From the NCBI GenBank assembly GCA_964344235.1, contig CAYFMJ010000001.1, forward strand, positions 283,020 through 347,019: a stretch of DNA of 64,000 bases, given 5' to 3'. Below, one piece after another: positions 9,174 through 18,010 of this stretch. The position numbers and the translations under genes were made by a program. This DNA is from an uncultured Methanosarcinales archaeon (GTDB taxonomy: Archaea; Nanobdellota; Nanobdellia; Woesearchaeales; GW2011-AR9). The notes under the pieces are model-generated. The model worked only from the letters and a program-made list of their open reading frames with translations. It had not been told where the DNA came from and made no database searches. Numbering within the stretch: position 1 is the first letter of the stretch; each line of letters begins with the position of its first letter.

Positions 9174-9470
9174 ATGAAATGTGTTTTTGTGTGCAGAATG
9201 GAGAAGAAATATCGGCTTGTATATCGGAAGAGTGAATGTATTGGAGCAGGAGCGTGTGAAGCAGCGTACCCCGAAGCGTGGTTTTTTGATAAAGAAACAA
9301 GTATTGCGACATTGAAGTCGGAGAAGACGATAAGAACCGATGAGCGAGAGGAGTTGGAGTTTGGCCAGGAAGAGTTTGATAAATTCTTAGAATCAGCACA
9401 AGTGTGTCCTGTAATGATTATTGAGGTGTTTGATCAGGAGACGGGGAAGCGGGTTTTTCCTGAGGAGTAA
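9174..9470 (+). CDS. small single-cluster ferredoxin (Pyrococcus Fd-like fold)
   Basis: 98 aa. The motifs ECIGAGACEAAYPEAWFF ... AQVCPVMIIEV follow the C-x2-G/D-x2-C ... CP spacing of archaeal 7-8 kDa ferredoxins. The gene is convergent with the flippase gene and overlaps its 3' end by ~50 nt. It has its own TATA box. Confidence 0.55.
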   Translation: MKCVFVCRMEKKYRLVYRKSECIGAGACEAAYPEAWFFDKETSIATLKSEKTIRTDEREELEFGQEEFDKFLESAQVCPVMIIEVFDQETGKRVFPEE

Positions 9471-10722
9471 CTGGTGGGTTGTTGTTTTGTATTCGTAATT
9501 TCTTAATTCCATAAATGTTTAGTGCGATTTTTATGATAATAGTGATCGCTGTAGCGATTGGAGCTCCAATGATGCCCCATGCTGAAATGAGTAAGACGTT
9601 GAGTAATGTGTTGATAATCAGTGAGATTGCGAAGTCTGCTACGAGAATTTTCATGTACAGTGGAGAGTATTCGTTTTCTCCCACAAAAATAGAGTTGAAG
9701 TAGGAGTAAAGAACAAGAAGTGTTGAGGAAATAACTAGCGCAATTGGTAAGTATGTTGCGGAGTAGCCTGCACCATATAAAATCGGAACGAGGATGTAGC
9801 TTCCTGCCAAAACGAGAAGTGCGAATGGGATAAGTAATTTGAAGATTCTTTTAAGAGATTGTTTTAACCTATAATGATGAATTGCAGCCATCGGCACAAC
9901 GACCATCGGAAAGACATAGCCCAGTAATCGGATGGTGTTAGTGATAGAACCGTATGCTGAATACAAACCAAGACTGGTGAAATCAACGAGGTATTTAATC
10001 GTGATGGCGTCAGCAAAGCGAAGTGAGTAGAAGCTTACCTGCATTAGGAATAATGAGAGGGCGAGGATGAAGAATTTCTTGAAAGGTGTTGATTGTTGTA
10101 ATTGTGGTTTGGGAAAATGTTTGAGAATTTGTGGAATGCTGGCAACGGTTGCAATGAGGAGTGCTATGGAAAAGCTGATGAGAACATAGGTGAATGGGAA
10201 AAGATACAATGCAAGTAAGACGATGAATAGTATGACAAATATCCTGTTGAGTAATGAGTACATGGAAGCACTGACAAATTTCTGCCAACCACGTAGTATG
10301 TTGTAGGAGATGTAATGGAGTGTGTAGAACACTATGTAGAGAGTAAATGCGAGGTTGAAATATGGAAGTTGTGGGTTAAGATGGGTATATGTAGTGATGG
10401 TTATGGTGATCAGGATGAAGAAAATCGTAAATGGAGTTAAGAGGGTGAGTGCGTGTCTCAGTGAATTTCGTAATCGATGTGGGTTTTTGATAATAATTTG
10501 AGTGATTGCATCAGGAATACCAAAGGAGGTGAATAAAAACACGAGGCTCACAAGGCTGAAGAAGTATGTGAAAATTCCTAATTCTTCTTGTCCGTAGAGG
10601 CGGGCAATAAGAATTTTTATGAAGATGATGGTTAAGGCAATAAACCCATAGATGAAGAATGTTTTGAATAAATGGGCGCGTGTTTCGCCACCAAGAGTGA
10701 GTTTTTTAATTTTTTGAATCAT
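9418..10722 (-). CDS. Wzx-like oligosaccharide flippase (MOP/polysaccharide biosynthesis protein family)
   Basis: 434 aa with ~12 predicted TM helices throughout. The C-terminal tail is low-complexity and Pro/Ser/Thr-rich. Confidence 0.65.
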   Translation of the reverse strand: MIQKIKKLTLGGETRAHLFKTFFIYGFIALTIIFIKILIARLYGQEELGIFTYFFSLVSLVFLFTSFGIPDAITQIIIKNPHRLRNSLRHALTLLTPFTIFFILITITITTYTHLNPQLPYFNLAFTLYIVFYTLHYISYNILRGWQKFVSASMYSLLNRIFVILFIVLLALYLFPFTYVLISFSIALLIATVASIPQILKHFPKPQLQQSTPFKKFFILALSLFLMQVSFYSLRFADAITIKYLVDFTSLGLYSAYGSITNTIRLLGYVFPMVVVPMAAIHHYRLKQSLKRIFKLLIPFALLVLAGSYILVPILYGAGYSATYLPIALVISSTLLVLYSYFNSIFVGENEYSPLYMKILVADFAISLIINTLLNVLLISAWGIIGAPIATAITIIIKIALNIYGIKKLRIQNNNPPVTPQEKPASPSPDQTPQ

Positions 10723-10736
10723 CTGTTGTTATTCTG

Positions 10737-11264
10737 TTATTCTCTTTTTGTTTTTCTAGTTTTTGTTTTTGCAAGGAATGAATGGATTTCTTCATGAATA
10801 GTGTGGGGTGTGGGCGAGTATGAGGCAAAGTTGTGTGTCTCGGCTTTCTGAATACACTCAGCGAGTTGTTGTGGTGTGTCACAATATAGTAGGCCGTCTG
10901 TTTCTTGTGCAATGGCTTGCAGAAACTCTACTTGGTGGCGCGGATCAGTTCTGTTTCTGTTGGGGATACCAATTAATTTCTTTCCCATTTTGAGAATTTC
11001 AAAGATACAACCGGGTCCACCGTGACTGATGATTACGTCTGCTTGCTGTTCATACTTTGTTAATGGTGCTTCAAACGTAAACCAGTTGCAATGTTGTGGT
11101 TTGTATTCTCCATGGCCGAGTTGGATAAGAACGTCGTCTTTGATAACTCCCGTGGATTTTAATCTATCAATCTCTTTGACGAGTTCTTCAAATTTTCCGT
11201 TTCCTACTGTGACGAAGAGCATTGTGTTGAATGTCTGATGGGGATTATGACAACCTCCCTGCAT
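10737..11264 (-). CDS. Alg13-like UDP-GlcNAc transferase catalytic subunit (GT28 C-terminal domain)
   Basis: 175 aa. MLFVTVGNGKFEEL...VISHGGPGCIFEIL is Glyco_tran_28_C-like. It is adjacent to and overlaps the Alg14-like gene. Confidence 0.75.
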   Translation of the reverse strand: MQGGCHNPHQTFNTMLFVTVGNGKFEELVKEIDRLKSTGVIKDDVLIQLGHGEYKPQHCNWFTFEAPLTKYEQQADVIISHGGPGCIFEILKMGKKLIGIPNRNRTDPRHQVEFLQAIAQETDGLLYCDTPQQLAECIQKAETHNFASYSPTPHTIHEEIHSFLAKTKTRKTKRE

Positions 11265-11769
11265 GTTTGGCTTTTGGATAGACTTTTTTCATACTTTCCC
11301 ATTGAACGAGGAAGAGATCAGATACAGGGTAGACGAGTTTTCCAGTTTGTGATTTATGGTGGACCCGCACCCATGACTCAATAAAGATTGTTTTGATACC
11401 CATAACTTTAGCAATCCAGAATAATGGGATGGCAGCGGAAGGGCCGGCACTAATAAACACATCTGGTTTTGCTTTTCGTAAGATATTGAAGCCTTGAATA
11501 GTTGTGGGGAACATGTTGAGGACGACTCTAAAGAGGGATTTATCTTTCATTAACCGTGGATTTTTAATGGTGTGAACTTTCCCGGGATGGTGGATTTTCT
11601 TTGCAGATGTTTGGTCATCATGGCCTACGAGGTATTGAAATTGGTGAGTTGGATCGAGATTTTTTGTTAGTTCCAGTATTTGTGAAGTGTGGCCGCCCAT
11701 CCCTAGGTGAATAAGGAGGTTTTTACTGCTGTTTAGCGTGGTACTCATAAAATGGTCTCGGTTCGACAA
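11245..11769 (-). CDS. Alg14-like membrane-anchoring subunit of a bipartite UDP-GlcNAc transferase
   Basis: 174 aa. HLGMGGHTSQILEL ... FISAGPSAAIPLFWIAKVMGIKTIFIESWVRV are conserved Alg14 blocks. Confidence 0.75.
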   Translation of the reverse strand: MSNRDHFMSTTLNSSKNLLIHLGMGGHTSQILELTKNLDPTHQFQYLVGHDDQTSAKKIHHPGKVHTIKNPRLMKDKSLFRVVLNMFPTTIQGFNILRKAKPDVFISAGPSAAIPLFWIAKVMGIKTIFIESWVRVHHKSQTGKLVYPVSDLFLVQWESMKKVYPKAKHAGRLS

Positions 11770-11812
11770 GATTTATAAAGATTTGGAAAAAGATTTTGGA
11801 AATGGTGGTTCT

Positions 11813-13564
11813 ATGTTGAGGGCGGCAAGGAAAACTCCGTTGGAAGAAGGAGAGTGTAGGACGATTAGCGCTACTTCTGGGAACGTTACTGAGAATGGAT
11901 CCTTAACAGAGACACAGACCGTTTTTGGAGCTACAAGTGAACTTGAGGATGTTACGAAAGAAACCCCTCCCCTGGAAACACAAAGAATAAAAGAGCATAA
12001 ATTTAATTTTCCTAAAGGAAAGACAATTGATTTTTTAAAGGATAAGTATCACCTTATTCTGGTAGCAGTTTTAGTTTTGGTTCTGCTCACACGCTTGAAA
12101 TATATTGGTCAAGAAAGTCTATGGAATGATGCAGCTGTTCACTTGTGGTACGTTATAAAAGTTACTAAAGAACCACTGTTTATACTTAGTCATGAATATC
12201 TGCTTGGAGATTATGCAATCCCACAAACAATTATGACTCTTTTTTACTTTGTTGTTAAAGATGCTCTCACTGCGGGGAAGATTGTTGCAGTTTTATATTC
12301 TTTAGTGGGAGTTGTCTTAATTTACCTTTTAGGCTCAGAACTTAAAAGTAAATTCGTTGGGGTCATGGCGGCTATCCTTTTAGCTTTTAATCATATCTTT
12401 TGGTTTTACAGCGTAAGGCCTTTGGGAGATTCACCGCTAATGGTTAGTACTATTTTTATCTTCTATTGCATGGTTCGGTTAGAAAAAGAAAAAACAATGA
12501 TCTGGGGTTTTCTCACGGGGACCGCCTTCGTTCTCGCACTTTTCCATAAGGTCCAATCCTCTATTTTTATCCTTGGTCTTGTTCTTTACTATATTCTTTT
12601 TAAGCGTAAAGAAATGATTAGAAACAAGCCAACGCTTGTTTCTTGGTTGATACCCGTAGGGACAATTGTGGTGGGGCACCTTGTCGCTCAGATCTTTTAC
12701 GGCCGAGATTTGCTTGGAAGATTATTCGGCTTAATGATTTATTTAAGAGGAATGCCTTTTGGATTTGAGGCTGCTGGTATGCTGGAATGGGTCTTTTCTT
12801 GGTATTTAATCCCGTTTGTTTTCTTGGGGGCTTTGTTCGTTGTTTTTTATAAATATAAGAGATTTTATCCGCTACTTGTTTTAGGGCTTTATTACTGGTT
12901 TTACTTTGAGGTTAATGTTGATAATACGCAAGACAGATATGTTTTACCTCTCCTTCCTATAGCAATATTGTTAGCAGTATTCGCGATAGAAGAGATCGCA
13001 TCATACCTCTCGATGGTCTTCCCGAAGAAAGTGAAATCTATCCTAAAGCATGTGATTGTTATTGCTGTTGTTTTGCTCTTAGCTTTGAATTATTATCAAG
13101 TTGGTGATCCTTTGATTTATAATAAATCGTTTAGTTACACTGGCCATGCAGAAGCAGGTCAGTGGATGAAAGAGAATATTCCTGAGGAGACCCCGATTTT
13201 TGCTGGTTCGTATCGTTTTGTTCGTTTGTTTACTGAGCGTGAGTTTGGTGGGCCGGCGGAAGAATCTTTTGGAGGATCAATTTGGAACCTACGGGCAGAA
13301 AAAGTATATGCATCAAATCGGACTGCCTTTGAGGAGGATCTTTTGCGTCTTTCTCAAGAGAGCGATGTCTATTTGGAAATTGACCACATTGAATACACTC
13401 AACCAAGTTGGTATTATCCATTGACTGAAGATAGCGTTAGCTACTTCGCTTCTCTTGGTTTTAACTTAGTGCATGTTGTCAATGGAAAAGTGCTGACGAA
13501 CGAGGGGGTTATGGAAACACCGATGATTTTTATCTTTAAAAAAGATAAAGTAGAGTTAGAATGA
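11813..13564 (+). CDS. GT-C fold membrane glycosyltransferase (ArnT/PMT-like, GT39/GT83-type)
   Basis: The ORF is open from 11738, but that would overlap the divergent Alg14 gene; the Met at 11813 is preceded by GGTGG. About 11 TM helices are followed by a ~200-aa soluble C-terminal domain. The stop overlaps the start of the CE4 gene. Confidence 0.6.
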   Translation: MLRAARKTPLEEGECRTISATSGNVTENGSLTETQTVFGATSELEDVTKETPPLETQRIKEHKFNFPKGKTIDFLKDKYHLILVAVLVLVLLTRLKYIGQESLWNDAAVHLWYVIKVTKEPLFILSHEYLLGDYAIPQTIMTLFYFVVKDALTAGKIVAVLYSLVGVVLIYLLGSELKSKFVGVMAAILLAFNHIFWFYSVRPLGDSPLMVSTIFIFYCMVRLEKEKTMIWGFLTGTAFVLALFHKVQSSIFILGLVLYYILFKRKEMIRNKPTLVSWLIPVGTIVVGHLVAQIFYGRDLLGRLFGLMIYLRGMPFGFEAAGMLEWVFSWYLIPFVFLGALFVVFYKYKRFYPLLVLGLYYWFYFEVNVDNTQDRYVLPLLPIAILLAVFAIEEIASYLSMVFPKKVKSILKHVIVIAVVLLLALNYYQVGDPLIYNKSFSYTGHAEAGQWMKENIPEETPIFAGSYRFVRLFTEREFGGPAEESFGGSIWNLRAEKVYASNRTAFEEDLLRLSQESDVYLEIDHIEYTQPSWYYPLTEDSVSYFASLGFNLVHVVNGKVLTNEGVMETPMIFIFKKDKVELE

Positions 13565-14496
13565 ATCCCAGAAAGTATGCGACAATTCAAGTAGATTTAG
13601 ATGGCTTATGGACAAATTTAGCGTATTATGGTTATGACCACCCTGTGGAAGATGACCCTGTATTTGCCAGTTCAGTACCTCGTTTTATTGAATTGTTCAA
13701 AGAATTTGATGTTAAAGCAACATTTTTCTTGATAGGCAGGGATGGAGAGGTGCCTTGGAAAGCAGAATTGGTAAAAAAATTGGTCGAGGCAGGGCATGAA
13801 GTTGCTAACCATACTTACAATCACCCTTTTGGTTTACGAAAGTTGCCTCAACAAGAGCAAGTTACAGAGATTGAACGAGGAGAAGAAGTAATCAAAAAGA
13901 TTACTGGGAAAAAACCTCGTGGATTTAAAGCTCCAGGGTATGACATGGACGCAGGAGTTTTGCGGTTATTAGCAGAGAAGGGGTATAGGTACGATTCTTC
14001 AATGATTCCAACGTTTGTATACCCGATGATTATGAAGATGATGCAACTCATTTCGGGTGGGGCAAAACGGACGCACGGGCCAAAGTGGAGTTGGGCGTTT
14101 GCTCCGAATACTGTCTATCGGCCGTCAGGTCATAAAGAGTCAAGACGAGGAAAGATGCCCCTGGTAGAGTTGCCGTGCACAGTTGTCCCGGGGTTGCGGT
14201 TACCGTACCATGCAACGTTTGCATTGCGGTTAGGTATGCCTTACTTTTCACCAGCATATGGGCTTACAAAGATGACTCGCGGGACGTTGAATTATGAATT
14301 TCACGCTGTTGATTTAGCAGATGATATTACTGATGATAGATTGACACACGTCAAGGGAATACCTCTTAGTAAAAGGATTGAACGTTGTCGAGCGATCGTC
14401 AAAAAGATGGTAACTCACTATGATGTTGTTGTGTCTGAGGATTTAGTGCAGGAGGTTCAGCAAGGAAATGGTTTGCTCTCTACTCGCAAAAGATGA
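13561..14496 (+). CDS. polysaccharide deacetylase (CE4/NodB homology; ArnD-like)
   Basis: 311 aa. FFLIGRDGEV...GHEVANHTYNHP is a NodB-type motif. Confidence 0.75.
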   Translation: MNPRKYATIQVDLDGLWTNLAYYGYDHPVEDDPVFASSVPRFIELFKEFDVKATFFLIGRDGEVPWKAELVKKLVEAGHEVANHTYNHPFGLRKLPQQEQVTEIERGEEVIKKITGKKPRGFKAPGYDMDAGVLRLLAEKGYRYDSSMIPTFVYPMIMKMMQLISGGAKRTHGPKWSWAFAPNTVYRPSGHKESRRGKMPLVELPCTVVPGLRLPYHATFALRLGMPYFSPAYGLTKMTRGTLNYEFHAVDLADDITDDRLTHVKGIPLSKRIERCRAIVKKMVTHYDVVVSEDLVQEVQQGNGLLSTRKR

Positions 14497-15523
14497 TGAG
14501 GAACAGTACGACCGGTATGTTAGTAATGTTTCCAACGCTGGTTTTGAATATACTTTGCGTTGGCGCGATATTCTTCAACGTCATTTTGGTTTTCGCTCGC
14601 GATGTATCATCGCTAAGGACGAAGAAGGTAAGATTGTAGGGGTTCTGCCATTATTCCAAGCTCGAGGCATATTTGGTAAGAAGCTCGTTTCTTCTCCATA
14701 CGCGATTTATACGGGCATGTTGGCAGATAATGGAGTGGCGAGAGAAGAGATGATGCATTTTGCAAAACAGTTGTCGATTCAGGAACGTGTAAAATTTTGT
14801 GAGGTTCGTGAACAGTTTCAAGATGATTCCTATATTAAAAGAGGGTTTAGGGAAAACAGTACTGTGTTCAATTTCTCGCTTGCCTTATCTTCTGATGTCG
14901 ATGCCGTCTGGAAGAAATTGCCTAAAGGGAGCGTGCGTTGGGGGGTCAAGAAAGCCCAAAAGAGTGGCTTGCAGTGGCGTTGTGGTATTAGTGAGCGGGA
15001 GCTGCAAGGTTTTTATGCTTTGTTTCTTCAGACACGCAAACTGCGGGGTGTTCCGGGATATCCTTATGCCTATTTCAAAGAAATTCTCTCGACATTTGGG
15101 GAGAATGCGAGAATTTACGTTACTTCATACGAGAATAAACCTGTTGCTACAATCTTCTTGATATATCACAAGAATGAAGTGCGATATGCTTTTGCAGGAG
15201 CAGTTCACGATAAAACAATCATGCAATTGCAACCGTACCATCTTATAATGTGGGAAGCAATTAAAGATGCGTGTAACAGAGGGTATACAACGTTTAACTT
15301 TGGTGGTGCTACACTGCAAACAAATGATGGCGGGTTGTATAATTTTAAGAAGAGATGGGCAGATACGGTTGGGAAAGCGTATTCGTATTATTTCCTTCAT
15401 ACAATGAAAGAAGTTCCCTCAAGCGACACTGCATTTTTTGCTTTGGCCACGAAACTATGGAGGAAGCTGCCTCTGTCGGTTGTTGATACGTTAAGTCCTT
15501 TTGTGATACGGCAATTTGTTTAA
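14468..15523 (+). CDS. FemAB-like / Acetyltransf_6 (GNAT-fold) family protein, paralogue 1
   Basis: 351 aa. Conserved with 15553..16602 and 60917..61942 in the blocks LPLFQ, KLPKGSVRWGVKKAQKSGL, TRKLRGVPGYPYAYF, RYAFAGA, TFNFGGA and FKKRWA. Length and spacing are typical of FemAB/BioF2-like tandem GNAT proteins. Confidence 0.55.
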   Translation: MVCSLLAKDDEEQYDRYVSNVSNAGFEYTLRWRDILQRHFGFRSRCIIAKDEEGKIVGVLPLFQARGIFGKKLVSSPYAIYTGMLADNGVAREEMMHFAKQLSIQERVKFCEVREQFQDDSYIKRGFRENSTVFNFSLALSSDVDAVWKKLPKGSVRWGVKKAQKSGLQWRCGISERELQGFYALFLQTRKLRGVPGYPYAYFKEILSTFGENARIYVTSYENKPVATIFLIYHKNEVRYAFAGAVHDKTIMQLQPYHLIMWEAIKDACNRGYTTFNFGGATLQTNDGGLYNFKKRWADTVGKAYSYYFLHTMKEVPSSDTAFFALATKLWRKLPLSVVDTLSPFVIRQFV

Positions 15524-15552
15524 GAGGAATATTTGGCGGATGATAAAGTCTA

Positions 15553-16602
15553 ATGAAATATACAATAACAATGTTAAGTGAGGAGGATCACGAGCTGTAT
15601 GCGCAGTTTGTTAGTAGCTGCCCTGATGCCCTTTATGAACATTCTTTAGCTGTGAAAGATTTGGTTCAAAGATATTTTAAGTTTGAACCGAGATATATTG
15701 TGGCGAAGAATTCAGTTGGACAAATTGTTGGGGCTTTGCCGTTGTTTAAAGCGAAGAGTTTTGTGGAAGGAACACGCCTCGTTTCTATCCCATTTTTTCC
15801 ATATGGCGGCGTGATTGGGGAGAGTGATGAATGTAAACGTTTGCTGTTAGAGGAAGCCAAGAAGTTGTCAAGTACAAGTAAGTTCTTGGAAATGCGTCAA
15901 CATGGTGAACTCTCGGCGGAAGTTGCTCGAGGTTTTGTAAGACAAGCCCCGATTATTAATTTTTATCTTGACTTGAAAGAGTCCGAGGAGGAGATGTTAC
16001 AATCGTTACATAAAAGTGTGCGATATGATATTCGAAAAGCACAGAAAAATAATTTGCAATTTTCTATGGGGGATACAACCAAGTTGCTCAATGATTTTTA
16101 TGATGTGTATCTGAACACGCGGAAGAGAAGAGGTGTACCGGCGTGGCCAATGGGGCTCTTTAAAGAGGCATTGAAAACATGTGATACAAAAGTTGCGGTG
16201 ACATACCATGAAGGAAAACCAATTGCTGGTTGCTTTTTATTTTTTGATAAAAAGACAATTGAATATGCTTTTGCGGGGACTGACTATCGGCACTCTGCGC
16301 TTTGTCCATATTATCTCTTACTGTGGGAGATTATTTGTTATGGAATCAAGCAAGGTTACACTGTTTTAGAGTTGGGTGGAACGACTAAAGTTATGAATGA
16401 GGGGAATATGTATTCTTTCAAGAAACGGTGGAGTACGAAAACTGAAGAGATCCCTTACTACTTTTATGCACGTGAGGAGAAAAATATTCCTGTGTTACAG
16501 AATTCATTTAAAGTGTATACTCTCTATGGTAAAGTTTGGAGTTTACTGCCGAAGTGGTTGATAAAAAAAATAAGTCCGCCAATTATACGGCAATTTAGTT
16601 GA
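15553..16602 (+). CDS. FemAB-like / Acetyltransf_6 family protein, paralogue 2
   Basis: 349 aa. Tandem duplicate of the upstream gene. Shared blocks: LPLFKA, HKSVRYDIRKAQKNNL, TRKRRGVPAWPMGLF, EYAFAGT, LELGGTT and FKKRWS. Confidence 0.55.
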   Translation: MKYTITMLSEEDHELYAQFVSSCPDALYEHSLAVKDLVQRYFKFEPRYIVAKNSVGQIVGALPLFKAKSFVEGTRLVSIPFFPYGGVIGESDECKRLLLEEAKKLSSTSKFLEMRQHGELSAEVARGFVRQAPIINFYLDLKESEEEMLQSLHKSVRYDIRKAQKNNLQFSMGDTTKLLNDFYDVYLNTRKRRGVPAWPMGLFKEALKTCDTKVAVTYHEGKPIAGCFLFFDKKTIEYAFAGTDYRHSALCPYYLLLWEIICYGIKQGYTVLELGGTTKVMNEGNMYSFKKRWSTKTEEIPYYFYAREEKNIPVLQNSFKVYTLYGKVWSLLPKWLIKKISPPIIRQFS

Positions 16603-16625
16603 TGATGTGGGGAGTGAAGGTATAA

Positions 16626-17630
16626 ATGGTTTCCGTCAAACAAAAATTACAACAAACGTTATGTTCGTATCTTGGTGTTCGTCATGCAGTGCTATTTAGT
16701 TCTTGCAGGAATGCGTTGCATACATTATTAGTTTCATTACAGTTGGGGGGGGGAGAGGTTATCGTGCAGGATTTTATTTGTGATAGCTTAAATCAAGCGA
16801 TTGAGAACGCAGACGGCACAGTTGTCGGTGTTCCGGTGGACGAAAAAACGTTTAACCTTTCTGCAGAAACGGTTGAACAATATATTACGCCAAAAACGAA
16901 GGCAGTTCTCTTCGTTCATACGTACGGGAATCCAACGGGTATTGCTGAGGTTGCAACACTTTGTCAAGATAAGGGTATTGTTTTGGTTGAGGATATTGCC
17001 CATGCTTTGGGCGCTGTTTGTCAGGGGAAAAAAGCAGGGACGTTTGGACAATATGCAGTGTATAGTTTTACAAAACAATTAGTTAGTGGTGGTGGTGGAG
17101 CAGTACTTACGAATGAAGATACGACAGCACTAGTTAAAGAACGTGATCGACATTCAACGAGTGCGCCCATTCTGGGTTACGTGAAACGCGTGATGGCTTC
17201 TCTCTATGAGACAAGAGCGTTTTTTCTTTCAAAGATTCTGATTGATGTCGCTCGAAAGAAAGCGGATTTGAAAATGACGAATGCTCTTGATAGACATTAT
17301 AGTTGTTCTTCGATTGAAGCATGGATGATTCTGCGGCAATTGAATGGCTTGGAGAGGTTGGTGGAGAAGAGACAGCGAAATTATCGTTATTGGTCAACAC
17401 TTGTGAAGACACAAGCGGTTATGAATGGTTGTGAATCTAGTTGCAATTATTTAACAATTATTTTTTCCAGCCGTAAAAATCGAGATAAGGCTGTGGCTCA
17501 AAGTCGTTTTTTACTTCCCCCCTGGCCTGGTTCAAATGTTTCTGAAAAGATTGCTTTTGTGCCTAATAATCCTGCTTTTACACAGAAAAAGTTACGAATA
17601 ATCGCTGGAGCGAGTACAAAAGATTTATAA
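16626..17630 (+). CDS. DegT/DnrJ/EryC1/StrS-family PLP enzyme (short aminotransferase-like)
   Basis: 334 aa. VLVEDIAHALGAV...GQYAVYSFTKQLVSGGGGAV contains the conserved PLP-lysine context. It is shorter than canonical DegT enzymes. Confidence 0.65.
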   Translation: MVSVKQKLQQTLCSYLGVRHAVLFSSCRNALHTLLVSLQLGGGEVIVQDFICDSLNQAIENADGTVVGVPVDEKTFNLSAETVEQYITPKTKAVLFVHTYGNPTGIAEVATLCQDKGIVLVEDIAHALGAVCQGKKAGTFGQYAVYSFTKQLVSGGGGAVLTNEDTTALVKERDRHSTSAPILGYVKRVMASLYETRAFFLSKILIDVARKKADLKMTNALDRHYSCSSIEAWMILRQLNGLERLVEKRQRNYRYWSTLVKTQAVMNGCESSCNYLTIIFSSRKNRDKAVAQSRFLLPPWPGSNVSEKIAFVPNNPAFTQKKLRIIAGASTKDL

Positions 17631-17638
17631 GGAACTCT

Positions 17639-18010
17639 TTGCGGATGAGAATTGAGATGAAAGATAATACAAAAGCGGTGCTTCTGGCTTTAGTTGTAAC
17701 AGTTATTGTCTCTGTGTCTCAGATTCTCTTGAAATTTGGTAGTGAACAGTTTGAATTTTCATTGAATCAAATTACAAATTATCCTCTTATTGTTGGAGGG
17801 GTGTTGTATGTTTTAGGAGCTTTTGTGTTGATTAAGGCGTTTCGTCTCGGTGAACTTTCTGTTGTGTATCCTGTTATGGCATCAAGTTATATTTTAGTGA
17901 CACTGTTATCTGTGCGTTATCTTGGTGAGATTATTACAACACAGAAGTGGGTTGGATTAGCTTTAATTACAATCGGAGTTGTATTTATTGGTAGGGGGGG
18001 TTCACAATGA
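17639..18010 (+). CDS. small DMT/SMR-like 4-TM transporter subunit (ArnE/ArnF-like)
   Basis: 123 aa. QILLKFGS ... ELSVVYPVMASSYILVTLLS ... WVGLALITIGVV are EamA/ArnE-type blocks. Its stop overlaps the start of the next small TM gene. Confidence 0.6.
   Translation: MRMRIEMKDNTKAVLLALVVTVIVSVSQILLKFGSEQFEFSLNQITNYPLIVGGVLYVLGAFVLIKAFRLGELSVVYPVMASSYILVTLLSVRYLGEIITTQKWVGLALITIGVVFIGRGGSQ

Noticed and set aside
9418-9470. 53-nt convergent overlap between the ferredoxin and flippase genes as evidence that one is spurious
   Set aside because: Both ORFs are long, have family-consistent features and (for the ferredoxin) their own TATA box. Only the low-complexity C-terminal tail of the flippase overlaps. 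The same convergent-overlap arrangement recurs at the second rSAM/ferredoxin pair.
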